This document shows positions 46,777 to 56,630 of a stretch of 64,000 bases of DNA, piece by piece. Every line of letters starts with the position of its first letter. Within the stretch, counting starts at the first letter, position 1. Both the position numbers and the translations under genes were made by a program. A model generated the notes under the pieces. That model worked only from the letters and a program-made list of their open reading frames with translations, was not told the origin of the DNA and did not search any database. The stretch is from NCBI GenBank assembly GCA_052034935.1, contig JBPOIB010000003.1, positions 34,407-98,406 of the forward strand, in the 5' to 3' direction. This DNA comes from Candidatus Moraniibacteriota bacterium. Lineage in GTDB: Bacteria; Patescibacteriota; Minisyncoccia; Moranbacterales; UBA1568.

Positions 46777-47880
46777 TCAACAATCCGTCACGCCCGTGCC
46801 ACACATCGATGGGTTCGGATTAAAGTTAACTATTGACTGCTGCACCCCCGTATACTTCCCCGTACCGGTACTACCCTTACCGCCAATATGTTGCTCGGCG
46901 TTACGGAGAAAGACCGCTCCTGGTCCGAGTTCTTTATGTAAATCTGCCCGCGCTGCGTTAAGCTTACTGTCGACCTTGCCCAGTTCTCGATTGATTTTTT
47001 TCGAGACGTCTTCAAATCCTTTCTGATAAAGATTGCTCAGTGCCTGATTCACGAATGCGCCGGCGGCGGAGGAGAGAAGCTCGCCCCACTCTTTAGAGCC
47101 CGTAATGAGCTGGAAAGGGAGTTCTTGGGCCGAGGATGTCAAATCAGCAATAACCGAACCGGGTGAGATTGTTTTCCCATTTTTATCTTTGATTCCTGTA
47201 AACCCCTTCCCGACAATCGCTTCGATTTCATTCTGTTTCTGTCGGGCAGCAACATTTCTCTGAACATTCACCCTTGTCCGATTGGTCATTCCGAGTGGAT
47301 TATTACACGGAAAGGTGACCGTTGCATTCAGGACGCGGAAATCCCCTTTAGCAATCGAGGAAAGCGGATTCGAGGTGTACTGATCCAAATTATATTTGCA
47401 GTTATCAGCAACAAAGGCAGATTTGACTTCACTATTAAGAAGACTCATGTACTGTTTACCGAGAGACTGGATGCTACCGCCCGAAGCAACATAGTTCAAG
47501 ACTGAACCTTTCCCACCCATAGTCTGGGTCAAAAGATCATCCATATAAAGCAGTCCTTCATCGATAGCGGCAGAAAAAATATACTGCCGATAGTCAGTGA
47601 TAAATGCCGGCTTCTTATCCATTCCACCTGATGTAAGCCGGTTCGCCTGATCTCTCGCAATACCAACAGCTACCCGCTTAGCGATACCGAACAAAATCGC
47701 TTTTATCTGCTCCCAAATCGTCTTAAGAGCAAAGCCGAGAAACTCACCGGCGATACTCTCTCCCCAAACACCAGCTCGCACTGGAAGTGGTGCGGATGTC
47801 GTGACGAGAACAACGCTGATGAGAAATGCAGCGATGAATTTACGGCTTTTATTTTTTTGTTGAAATTTTCCAGTAAACAT
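46777..47880 (-). CDS. Secreted hypothetical protein
   Basis: Signal peptide ending in PVRA; P.FITD, CNNP.G and I.TPG-like (ISPGSVI) motifs. Confidence 0.7.
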   Translation of the reverse strand: MFTGKFQQKNKSRKFIAAFLISVVLVTTSAPLPVRAGVWGESIAGEFLGFALKTIWEQIKAILFGIAKRVAVGIARDQANRLTSGGMDKKPAFITDYRQYIFSAAIDEGLLYMDDLLTQTMGGKGSVLNYVASGGSIQSLGKQYMSLLNSEVKSAFVADNCKYNLDQYTSNPLSSIAKGDFRVLNATVTFPCNNPLGMTNRTRVNVQRNVAARQKQNEIEAIVGKGFTGIKDKNGKTISPGSVIADLTSSAQELPFQLITGSKEWGELLSSAAGAFVNQALSNLYQKGFEDVSKKINRELGKVDSKLNAARADLHKELGPGAVFLRNAEQHIGGKGSTGTGKYTGVQQSIVNFNPNPSMCGTGVTDC

Positions 47881-47886
47881 AGCAAC

Positions 47887-48873
47887 CTAGATGTCGAGTG
47901 GTATATTTTCAACCCCGAGCGCGGAAAGATTCGATTGAGTCTCTTTGATGAAACTATCAAGACTTAGGAGGAATCCCTGAAGCTTTGAAAATGAATACAT
48001 CTGGCCGAGCGGATCTTGTGGGCTGACGGAAGTCTTCACCACCTGTTTCAGGTTCGCCGCAAATGTCACCATCTGAAGTGCTTTTACATGCGTTCCAAGC
48101 ATGCTTTCCGGGACCTCAACTTTATTAATTTCTTCCAAAGCCTTTTTTCCACGATCTTCGATAGAGTCAAGAAAGGAATAGTTCCCCGACATCATCCCCA
48201 TTATCATTTTGTTCCCCGAATCAACCAGAAAATTTTGAAGTGATGTTGTGTCTCGAATCTGCACCGGAGCGTTTGAGATGAGAATATAACTTACGAGGGT
48301 CAAGTACTCAATTGCATCTTCCCGAGACTGTTCCTTCTTTTCTTCTTCGGGTAAAACTTCAGCTACCAACTTCACCTTTATATCATCTGTTTTGACTTCG
48401 GGAAGAACTACTTCCTCAGTCCCCTTCGACATCACCTCAGCGATTGCTGTATCCAAATCAGCCGAAGTAATTTCCGGTGTTTCTCCGGACTCAATTTTCT
48501 TATCGAGAATCTCGCCAAACTCCTGACTCGCAATCTCCGTCAAATTCACTTCTGGCTCAACGCCCGGCTCTACAGCGACCGGTTCCTCTGGAATAATACG
48601 ATCGCCAGGTGCTGGTTTGAGTGGATCAAAACCACCTTTAATTTCAACTCCATCACTGTAACTATCTGCATCAGTATCCGCCACGTTCGGATCGGTACCG
48701 TATACTTTTTCTTCATCATTTGAAAGACCATCCCCATCAGCATCATCAAAAACTAAAGAGTCCATTGTAGAGGCTTCATCAGCCACTACATACATGGCGC
48801 TGCTGAAGAGAAAAAGGAAGGCAAAAACGAAAATGCTCCAGCGTAAATTATTTTTTGTTTGTGATATTCCCAT
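47887..48873 (-). CDS. Secreted protein with bacterial thrombospondin type-3 (Ca-binding) repeats
   Basis: DADGDGLSNDEEKVYGTDPNVADTDADSYSDGVEIKGGFDP. Confidence 0.8.
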   Translation of the reverse strand: MGISQTKNNLRWSIFVFAFLFLFSSAMYVVADEASTMDSLVFDDADGDGLSNDEEKVYGTDPNVADTDADSYSDGVEIKGGFDPLKPAPGDRIIPEEPVAVEPGVEPEVNLTEIASQEFGEILDKKIESGETPEITSADLDTAIAEVMSKGTEEVVLPEVKTDDIKVKLVAEVLPEEEKKEQSREDAIEYLTLVSYILISNAPVQIRDTTSLQNFLVDSGNKMIMGMMSGNYSFLDSIEDRGKKALEEINKVEVPESMLGTHVKALQMVTFAANLKQVVKTSVSPQDPLGQMYSFSKLQGFLLSLDSFIKETQSNLSALGVENIPLDI

Positions 48874-49109
48874 ATGAAAAAGTATATCACATCAAACCCT
48901 TTTTTTGTTCAATGTTTCGACACAGCCTCTCAATAAACATTGTCAGTTAATAGATATTTTTTGCCAATTAAATAACCTTCTCATTCATTAAATGACGGAT
49001 GACACAATTAATACAAACGCAAGTAAAATAATATTTTTAAACAACAACTCTTTCTTTCTAGAACTATTTCTAAAAAGTTAGCGAATCTTAATAACACTAA
49101 CCATTTTTC

Positions 49110-50420
49110 CTAAATAATTTTATACAATGTTTTATTATTATTGTCAATATAATAGTATATCAATAGAAGCGCTGTCAAGAAAAGGTACATTCCTTGTTGA
49201 ATATCCCAAAAAAAATGGTCGGTCATTAAATATATGATTAGGAATATTAGAGTAATAAATAGTGAGTTTTTTGTTTCACGTGGAACAATAAGAGGGAATT
49301 TCAGGATACACGCTACTAATAAAAACAACAGAACAACGGGAACGATACCTAACTCTCTATAAATTATATATACGCTACTATGAACCGGCTCAAGCACCCA
49401 CCACTCTACAGGGCTACTGAGACTATCATAACTATATCTATATGTACCTAACCCACTCCCTAAAAAAGTCGCCTGACTAAAATTTGACTGATAGTTGAAC
49501 TGATCTATCCGTGTAGAGTATGATTGTTTAATATCTGATTGATAGAGAATAACTAAAGAAACAGTGATAACAGCGACAATGGCTATTAATATTTGTTTCA
49601 CGTGGAACAAATATTTTATTCTTTCTCCAAGGAAAATAATAAGAAACAGAAAGGCACCTGTTTTCGATCCCGTCAGTAATATAGCAACCCCTATTAAAAC
49701 AGTAGAAAAAAGTATGGCGATTTGTTTCACGTGAAACAAACTTTTATACGTGACTAGCAAAATATACGACAACAGACAGAATGCAGCCAAAACATTAGGG
49801 TGAGGGAATGTTCCATAGCCTCTCAAAATTTTAAAACCAAGTATCTCAGATTTCGCTACATTCAGTGTCTCTGTTGATATTTTTGATTCATTCAACCAAT
49901 ACAGTCCGGCTGAATGATTATTCATGATCTGATAACCAGAAATAGCCACCTGCAACAAAATACTAATCACAACAACCTTGAATACATCTTTCAAAAAAGA
50001 TGTTCCACGTGAAACAATAAGTACTTTCGTTAAAAATATAAACAATAGCGCTAAAGAAGCATGCCAGATGAAAATCAGCGAAAGTATAGGATCAATTGAT
50101 TGAGCCGTATTTAAAGCCAAGTAAGCTACCGCTAATAGGGGAAGTAATTGTTCCACGTGGAACCAGTTTTTTAGTCTGTTCTTAATGTTTTTATTAATTG
50201 ACTTTATTACTTTTATATTGTTTAATATATATAAAACAAACATGAAGACAAGAATCACCTCTCCAAGATAAAGTGACACATCCATGTATTCATTGAACGG
50301 TCCGCCAGCCATCCCACGACTTTCAGTCAATATAAAGCGCCAGGAGAAGGGGAACTGCCAAAGGAATGCGAGGTACAGAATCACATCGCCATCCTGAAAT
50401 AATCGCTTTATCACAGTCAT
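49110..50420 (-). CDS. O-antigen ligase (Wzy_C) family membrane protein; AT-rich
   Basis: RGYGTFPHPNVLA, LTGSK, G.GLG.Y and EPVH...ELGIV motifs; multi-TM. Confidence 0.85.
   Translation of the reverse strand: MTVIKRLFQDGDVILYLAFLWQFPFSWRFILTESRGMAGGPFNEYMDVSLYLGEVILVFMFVLYILNNIKVIKSINKNIKNRLKNWFHVEQLLPLLAVAYLALNTAQSIDPILSLIFIWHASLALLFIFLTKVLIVSRGTSFLKDVFKVVVISILLQVAISGYQIMNNHSAGLYWLNESKISTETLNVAKSEILGFKILRGYGTFPHPNVLAAFCLLSYILLVTYKSLFHVKQIAILFSTVLIGVAILLTGSKTGAFLFLIIFLGERIKYLFHVKQILIAIVAVITVSLVILYQSDIKQSYSTRIDQFNYQSNFSQATFLGSGLGTYRYSYDSLSSPVEWWVLEPVHSSVYIIYRELGIVPVVLLFLLVACILKFPLIVPRETKNSLFITLIFLIIYLMTDHFFWDIQQGMYLFLTALLLIYYYIDNNNKTLYKII
49272..50164. repeat. Cluster of five parS sites (49272, 49594, 49723, 50001, 50149)
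   Basis: 16-bp palindromes matching TGTT(T/C)CACGTG(A/G)AACA; 49723 is the perfect TGTTTCACGTGAAACA; 50149 differs at its last base. Confidence 0.9.
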
Positions 50421-50577
50421 AATAGTCCTTTAGTATAGCGCAAAGACGATATATTTCTAGGGATCGAATTGACGAAATACAAAATCTGGCTATGATTGTA
50501 AGGTGCTTCTTCATTTCCGTTTAGATGAGTTTAAGAAAGGTAACTCGTCGAACGATACAGGAAGCCATCATTTTTTT

Positions 50578-50653
50578 GGGCCATTAGCTCATTTGGTAGA
50601 GCACTTCCATGGCATGGAAGGGGTGGCCGGTTCGAATCCGGCATGGTCCACCA
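50578..50653 (+). tRNA. tRNA-Ala(GGC)
   Basis: Acceptor GGGCCAT/ATGGTCC with G3-U70; anticodon arm CTTCC-ATGGCAT-GGAAG; encoded CCA. Confidence 0.96.
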
Positions 50654-50864
50654 CTTAGCCCTTTTCTGGGCTTTTTTGCTACTTATCCCCGAGTTATCCA
50701 CTTATTTCCTCTGCTACAATAGGTACATCCTTGCCAGAGTCATCATTATCCTTTAAAGTAACCAGTCGTCCCGATGCTGTTTACCTCAGTTTTCCGTGAA
50801 TACTGAAGGAATTGCACCCCCGACAAGGATAAGCTTCAGAATAGGAGTCCGAGAGATTCCCCAT

Positions 50865-50936
50865 GCCCCGGTAGCTCAATGGATAGAGCAAGCGCGTCCT
50901 AAGCGTGAGATCTAGGTTCGATTCCTGGTCGGGGCA
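50865..50936 (+). tRNA. tRNA-Arg(CCT)
   Basis: Acceptor GCCCCGG/TCGGGGC; anticodon loop GTCCTAA; GGTTCGATTCC. Confidence 0.9.
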
Positions 50937-50979
50937 CTCCCACAACAATAATCTATCGTAATCTGTCCTCGGTACTCCT

Positions 50980-51327
50980 ATGCATAGTCGCATCACCCAG
51001 CTCAATGACCTCATCCGTGACGCCGTCAGCAGCCTTTTTGTCCGCGAACTCTCTCTCAAAGAGGGGGTGATCATCACTGTTGCTCGCGTTTCAACGGCGA
51101 GAAATCTCCGCTCGACCCATGTCGCGGTCAGTGTTTTTCCGATAGCTGAGCGCCCGTATGCGATGAAGACCCTCGAGCATGAGTCACGAGAACTCCAGAA
51201 ACTGCTGCACCGGATGATCGCTACCCGGCCGCTGCCAAAGCTTTTCTTCGAACTTGATACCACCGAGGAGAAGGCTGATGAGGTCGAGCACCTCCTGATG
51301 GATATTCGAAAATCTGATACGGAGTAA
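50980..51327 (+). CDS. rbfA: Ribosome-binding factor A
   Basis: R..QLN, ITVARV...NLR and P.L.FE.D motifs. Confidence 0.85.
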   Translation: MHSRITQLNDLIRDAVSSLFVRELSLKEGVIITVARVSTARNLRSTHVAVSVFPIAERPYAMKTLEHESRELQKLLHRMIATRPLPKLFFELDTTEEKADEVEHLLMDIRKSDTE

Positions 51328-51334
51328 TCCTGCT

Positions 51335-52294
51335 ATGCGTTTTTTTGGTAAAGAATTCAAAACACTCCAGTTCGTTATCGACAAGGCCGAGTCGATCCTC
51401 CTCGTCGCACACAAACGTCCCGACCCGGATACTGTCGGAGCGAACCTCGCCCTCAAGTACTATCTCGAGTCGATTGGAAAAAAAACGACCATTGTTTGCT
51501 ACGATCCATTCCCTGAATCGCTCGGCAATCTTTTCCATGAGACCTTCTACCATCCTGATCAAATTGACCTCAGTAATTTTGATGCGGTCATTGCAGCTGA
51601 TTCCGTCGATCGCGGCTTCCATCTTTTCGCCGACCGGTTCGATGAACGTCAGGTAATCGTTCTTATCGATCATCATCCGGACATCTCACTCGAAGGAGAC
51701 ATCGTGATGATTGACCCAAAGTATTCTTCGTCCTGTGAGCTCATCTATTTGTTCCTGACGCATATCCAGGCGCGCATCAGCAAAAATGTAGCGACCGCAC
51801 TTTTGACTGGTATTCTTTTTGATACGGGAAATTTTCAACATTCCTCCGTTTCGCCACAAGTCATGGATATCGCCTCACGACTCATGAAGCTCGGCGCGCC
51901 ACTCACCAAAATATCTAACACCATCTTCACGAACAAAAACGTCTCCGCCATGAAGCTGTGGGGGAAGGCCCTCGAAAAAGCAAAATTCGTTCCGCAGTCC
52001 GGACTCCTCGTCACCGCCGTAACACAGTACGATATCGATGAATGCGAGGCGACATCAGACGACATCTATCAAGTTGCCTCGATTCTCTCAACTGTTCCAG
52101 AGGCCCGCTTTGCCCTTGTCCTTTCTGAGCGTGATACCGAAACTGTACGAGGGAGTCTCCGCGCTTCCGAGCATCACGGTATAGATGTCTCGGCTATCGC
52201 ACACGAGCTCGGCGGCGGCGGACATAAGCTTGCGAGCGGATTTGAGGTCAAAGGAAAGATTATCGAGACGGCGGAAGGCTGGCACGTTATGTAA
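51335..52294 (+). CDS. nrnA: DHH/DHHA1 phosphoesterase (NrnA-like)
   Basis: H.RPDPD, IDHH, DTGNF and GGGGHKLASG motifs. Confidence 0.9.
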   Translation: MRFFGKEFKTLQFVIDKAESILLVAHKRPDPDTVGANLALKYYLESIGKKTTIVCYDPFPESLGNLFHETFYHPDQIDLSNFDAVIAADSVDRGFHLFADRFDERQVIVLIDHHPDISLEGDIVMIDPKYSSSCELIYLFLTHIQARISKNVATALLTGILFDTGNFQHSSVSPQVMDIASRLMKLGAPLTKISNTIFTNKNVSAMKLWGKALEKAKFVPQSGLLVTAVTQYDIDECEATSDDIYQVASILSTVPEARFALVLSERDTETVRGSLRASEHHGIDVSAIAHELGGGGHKLASGFEVKGKIIETAEGWHVM

Positions 52295-52330
52295 GGAGAC
52301 AGGGCGATATAAAACTGAGCCATATACGGT

Positions 52331-52918
52331 ATGAACAAATCTGATGCGCTCAAGGTTCTCAATGCGCGAATGATCATCGAATGTCCATGCGCTCTGCGCG
52401 AGACAGCAACACAGGCGGTGCCGGGTGACGGTTCGGCAGATGCGGAAATCATGTTCATCGGCGAAGCACCGGGCAAGAATGAGGATGAGCAAGGGGTTCC
52501 TTTTATCGGTGCGGCCGGAAAATTTCTCGCCGAGATGCTTGCCGCCATCGGTCTCAAACGTGAGGATATTTATATCACAAACGTCGTGAAATACCGGCCG
52601 CCCGACAACCGCGACCCAAACCCTGAAGAAATCGAAGCCTGCATGCCGTGGCTCCACGAGCAGATTAGGATTATCAAACCAAAAATCATTATTACACTCG
52701 GCCGCCACGCGATGGAGCATTTCATTCCCGGAAAGAAAATCTCAGAAGTCCACGGCCAGGCCTTTCGTCGTATCTTCGATGACATTGGTCCACAGGTGTT
52801 CTTCGCCCTCTACCATCCAGCTGCAGCACTCTACAACGGTGGCATGCGCCAGACCCTCATCGAGGACTTTAAAAAGATTCCGAAAGTCGTAGAAAAATTG
52901 AAATCAAAAGAAAGATAA
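52331..52918 (+). CDS. Family 4 uracil-DNA glycosylase
   Basis: GEAPG, PFIGAAG, TNVVK.RPP.NR and YHPAAAL motifs. Confidence 0.92.
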   Translation: MNKSDALKVLNARMIIECPCALRETATQAVPGDGSADAEIMFIGEAPGKNEDEQGVPFIGAAGKFLAEMLAAIGLKREDIYITNVVKYRPPDNRDPNPEEIEACMPWLHEQIRIIKPKIIITLGRHAMEHFIPGKKISEVHGQAFRRIFDDIGPQVFFALYHPAAALYNGGMRQTLIEDFKKIPKVVEKLKSKER

Positions 52919-52953
52919 AATCCCGATCACTCGGGATTTTTTTTAAAATTGTG

Positions 52954-54060
52954 CTACGACCTTTTATCCAGTGTAAAGAAGACGACTTCTTGCGAAGTAC
53001 CAAAACGCTGCGGCGGTCCCCAACTTCCGGCACCACTCGTCGTATACACCAGAGCATCACCATACGGCTTCAATCCAAAATCATAGCCCTTGTACACAAA
53101 CCAGGTGATGACGCTGAAAGGCCACATCTGTCCCTCATGCGTATGGCCATGGAGAGTAAAGTCTGCACCGGAACCGACGAGCTCACCAATATTCCTCGGA
53201 ATATGTTTGAGTACGATGGTCGGTAGCTCTGGATTCACATGAAGATGCATCATCACCATCTCGGTTGCTTCAGGTGTCCGCGTCGTCACGAAATCGAGAC
53301 CGACAACCTGGAGACCATTCTCTTCGATCCGCTTATCATTGATAACCCGGAAGCCGGCTGACTGGAGCGAACGGAGAAAGCCAATCGTGTCGCCATACTC
53401 TTCATGATTACCAGAAACAAAATAGGTTGGTATGCGCTTCGTCAGTCTCTCGAACGGCTTCGTCACGAGATCGGGGTCAATCGGCGGGCCATCAAAAAAA
53501 TCTCCGCCCATGAGAATGAGTGACGGGTCTTCGGCCTCGATCAACTGGACGATGTCTTCGGCCGTTCGATTGCGGTGAATATTTCCGAAGTGCGAATCAG
53601 CAAAAAAAGCAATCTTTTTTCCTATCCAGTGTTCGGGTAATTTCGGCAAAGCGATGGTGAGATACCTAGAATGAATCTGAAAGCCATTCCAGAGAGCGAA
53701 ACCGTTGAAGCCAAGAGCGGTAAGGAAAACAACGCAAGCGAACCAGGGCGAAAGTGTCGATCCCGAAAGCTCGGCAAAAAGCGAAATAAGAGAGATGGTC
53801 ACCGCAGCCAGAAAAAGAAAGTGCACCGTTCCTAGCCACATCGCGGCGTAAAAGTACATCATGCGTGTCACTTGGCCCGGTAGGAAGCGGGTGAAGATAT
53901 TGAAAGTGACATAAGAGAAAGAAAGTACGATAACGAAACTAAAGAAAGCAGAGTGCGCCCACCCCGAAAGAGGCCAGTAGTTATCGAGAACACTCCAGAC
54001 CGTGTAGTGGACAAAAGTAATGAGCGACTGGACAACGACAAGAAAAGCAGCGATACCCAT
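52954..54060 (-). CDS. Membrane-bound metallophosphoesterase
   Basis: DSH, GGDFFD, GNHE and GHTH.GQ motifs after N-terminal TMs. Confidence 0.9.
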   Translation of the reverse strand: MGIAAFLVVVQSLITFVHYTVWSVLDNYWPLSGWAHSAFFSFVIVLSFSYVTFNIFTRFLPGQVTRMMYFYAAMWLGTVHFLFLAAVTISLISLFAELSGSTLSPWFACVVFLTALGFNGFALWNGFQIHSRYLTIALPKLPEHWIGKKIAFFADSHFGNIHRNRTAEDIVQLIEAEDPSLILMGGDFFDGPPIDPDLVTKPFERLTKRIPTYFVSGNHEEYGDTIGFLRSLQSAGFRVINDKRIEENGLQVVGLDFVTTRTPEATEMVMMHLHVNPELPTIVLKHIPRNIGELVGSGADFTLHGHTHEGQMWPFSVITWFVYKGYDFGLKPYGDALVYTTSGAGSWGPPQRFGTSQEVVFFTLDKRS

Positions 54061-54101
54061 AGCGTATATGTTCGTACAGGTATTGTAGCAAACCAATTGA
54101 G

Positions 54102-54185
54102 TGCCGAGGGTGGGACTCGAACCCACACGGCTTATTCAGCCAAGAGATTTTAAGTCTCCGATGTCTACCATTCCATCACCCCGGC
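54102..54185 (-). tRNA. tRNA-Leu(TAA)
   Basis: Acceptor GCCGGGG/CCTCGGC; anticodon loop CTTAAAA; long variable arm; GGTTCGAGTCC. Confidence 0.93.
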
Positions 54186-54194
54186 AAATTTTTC

Positions 54195-54268
54195 TGGAGG
54201 TCGCGTCCGGAGTTGAACCGGAGTAAAGGGTTTTGCAGACCCGTGCCTAACCGCTCGGCCACGCGACC
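54195..54268 (-). tRNA. tRNA-Cys(GCA)
   Basis: Acceptor GGTCGCG/CGCGACC; anticodon loop CTGCAAA; U73 and encoded CCA. Confidence 0.95.
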
Positions 54269-54358
54269 ATCTCTGCGCGCTAAAACATTGGAAGCCTAGC
54301 AAAGGCCCTCGTCTGCGTCAATCAAAGCAAGAAGGGGCTTTCGCCCCTTCTTTATCAC

Positions 54359-54895
54359 TTAATTGATGATTTCCGCCTCGAGATTCTGGCGACCGAAGGC
54401 GAACGCCTCGCTCTTGGTCTCCATATAGATATCAATTTTGTTGCCCTTGATTGCACCACCCCGGTCTTCACAGCGGAATTCGCCCATACCGTCAATGTGG
54501 AGTTTAGTCCCGAAGGGAAGCTCTCTCGGACAAGCGAGTGTCCGGTTCGCCTCTACTTTGAGACCAGAGGCCGTAATACCGTCGGACTTACCGCATTCAT
54601 CGGCCGCAGCTGTATAGGCCGAAGCATTAATGGTGAAGCGCTTGCCGGTTTCCAGCTTGGCCCAAAGAGCGGCTTGCTTTTCTTTCCAGCGAGCAAGTTT
54701 CTTCTCGTCCGCCGTCATTTCGCCTTTTTCGGTCACGATCGGCTCATTCTCCTTGGTCGCAAACGTCCAGATAAGGAGGAGCGGGTCTTGAGCGAGGTCA
54801 TATTTCGGCGCAAGGGGAACCTCAGCTGCCTTAGCAGCTGGGCTAAAGAGAGAAAGTCCGATAACGAGGCTCGCCACGAGGGGGAGAAATCGCAT
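54359..54895 (-). CDS. 3D-domain cell-wall protein
   Basis: ASAYT, ITASG, LPFGT, EDRGGAIKGNKIDIY and AFAFGRQ motifs. Confidence 0.9.
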   Translation of the reverse strand: MRFLPLVASLVIGLSLFSPAAKAAEVPLAPKYDLAQDPLLLIWTFATKENEPIVTEKGEMTADEKKLARWKEKQAALWAKLETGKRFTINASAYTAAADECGKSDGITASGLKVEANRTLACPRELPFGTKLHIDGMGEFRCEDRGGAIKGNKIDIYMETKSEAFAFGRQNLEAEIIN

Positions 54896-54972
54896 ATTGT
54901 ACCTTTACACATAAGCCAGTCGGGAGGAAACAACACCTTTCCGACTAGGTCCGTTTTTCAACGTAACGATAC

Positions 54973-55001
54973 ATATTAGCACATATTTTATATTCTGTCA
55001 A
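54973..55001 (-). promoter_or_regulatory. sigma70 promoter for the 3D-domain gene
   Basis: TTGACA-N17-TAATAT. Confidence 0.65.
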
Positions 55002-55172
55002 TACTTTAACAGTCTCGCTCGCTTTTCAACACACGAGTAAGGTACCATTCTATTTTTTGGCTCAAATAAGCCATATTAAAGATTACGTAGCCGGAGAGTA
55101 CCGCGACATCATGACTATGGCATCAAAAAACAGGACCGCCGCTTTTGGGGGTCCTGTTTCGCCTCTTTCCTA

Positions 55173-55559
55173 CTAACGGATCACTTCGCGGAGGATTTTG
55201 ATCACTTTCGGCGGCGAAGTCAGGGCTTTTACGAGATAGAAGTGGGTTTCGAACTCGCCGACTTTCTTGAAAGACTCCTGGTCATCGGCATTCGAGAGGA
55301 TGACGACCGGGATATTGCGGAGCTTCGGATCAGCTCCGAGCTCGGCCAAGACTTCGAAACCATTCTTCTTGGGCATCTGGAGGTCGAGGATAATCGCGTC
55401 CGGCACATGCTGGCGAATGAGCGCGATACCTTCTTCGCCATCCTTGGCGAGTACCGCATCAAAATTCTCTCGGTTCAGATTGAGGAGATATATTTCGCGC
55501 AAGTCAGCATCATCATCGATAACGCAAACCTTGTGACGATTGAATGGTTGATTACTCAT
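55173..55559 (-). CDS. Stand-alone response regulator receiver
   Basis: IDDD, LDLQMP..NG, ILSN and LVK motifs. Confidence 0.9.
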   Translation of the reverse strand: MSNQPFNRHKVCVIDDDADLREIYLLNLNRENFDAVLAKDGEEGIALIRQHVPDAIILDLQMPKKNGFEVLAELGADPKLRNIPVVILSNADDQESFKKVGEFETHFYLVKALTSPPKVIKILREVIR

Positions 55560-55616
55560 GCCAATAGTATATCACTTCTGAAAGAAACATCTCAAGGTAT
55601 AATGAAGCCACCTCCT

Positions 55617-56009
55617 ATGCCTTGGAACCAACTCACAACCGAAGAAGCGCGCATCATCGTCGGACGGGGGACCGAGGTTCCATTTTCGGGCGAATACGAT
55701 TCGCTGTTTACTCGTGGCACGTACCTCTGCCGCCGCTGCAATGCGCCACTCTATGATGCAAAGACGAAATTCGATGCTGGTTGTGGCTGGCCCGCTTTTG
55801 ACGATAATTTTCCGGGCGCCGTAAAACGACTCACGGATGCGGATGGCCACCGGATCGAAATCCGCTGCGCGCACTGTGACGCCCATCTCGGCCATATCTT
55901 CGAAGGCGAACGCCTCACCGAAAAAGATACCCGCCACTGCGTGAATTCACTTTCAATGCGATTTGTTCCAGTTGACGAAGATTTCCCACCCATACTCGAC
56001 AAAGAATAG
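55617..56009 (+). CDS. msrB: Methionine-R-sulfoxide reductase
   Basis: GTE.PF, CRRC, GCGWPAF, HLGHIF and RHCVNS motifs. Confidence 0.95.
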   Translation: MPWNQLTTEEARIIVGRGTEVPFSGEYDSLFTRGTYLCRRCNAPLYDAKTKFDAGCGWPAFDDNFPGAVKRLTDADGHRIEIRCAHCDAHLGHIFEGERLTEKDTRHCVNSLSMRFVPVDEDFPPILDKE

Positions 56010-56012
56010 GCT

Positions 56013-56564
56013 ATGACCAAAAAAGCGATCCTTGCCGGCGGTTGCTTCTGGTGCACCGAGGCGATCTACAAACGGCTGCGCGGTGTTATTTCCGTTGTGC
56101 CCGGCTACACGGGCGGTAAAAATGAGAACCCGACATATACGGAGGTTTCAACAGGCGAAACCGGCCATGCCGAAGCAATTGAAATCGAATATGATCCGAC
56201 TCTCATACCGTACGAGAAATTGCTCGATATATTTTTTCATACGCACAACCCAACGACATTGGACCAGCAGGGGGCCGATATCGGAACCCAGTATCGTTCA
56301 GGAATTTTTTATTCTGATGAGGCCGAAAAAGGAATTGCTGAGCGAATGATAAAAGAATTGGAGACAGAGCGCGTCTATCCGGATCCGGTCGTGACCGAAG
56401 TTGCTCCGTTCACTGCATTTTACCAGGCAGAAAATTACCACCGCGATTATTACGATCGCAATCAGAATCAAGGGTACTGCAATATTGTGATTAGCCCAAA
56501 AATCGCCAAGCTTCTAAAAGAGTACGCGGACGATGTAAAAGACGAATTCAAGAAAATAGTGTAA
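56013..56564 (+). CDS. msrA: Methionine-S-sulfoxide reductase
   Basis: GGCFWC, GHAE, QYRS and AE.YH motifs. Confidence 0.96.
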   Translation: MTKKAILAGGCFWCTEAIYKRLRGVISVVPGYTGGKNENPTYTEVSTGETGHAEAIEIEYDPTLIPYEKLLDIFFHTHNPTTLDQQGADIGTQYRSGIFYSDEAEKGIAERMIKELETERVYPDPVVTEVAPFTAFYQAENYHRDYYDRNQNQGYCNIVISPKIAKLLKEYADDVKDEFKKIV

Positions 56565-56630
56565 AGTAGATTCAAGAAAAAGACGGCTCCAAAAAGATAG
56601 GCCGTCTTTTTATTTTTTCAACCAGAATGC

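Noticed and set aside
49272-50164. CRISPR array or protein tandem repeat
   Set aside because: Spacing is irregular (129-322 bp), the unit is a 16-bp palindrome, there are no cas genes, and it is read in different registers; it matches parS instead.
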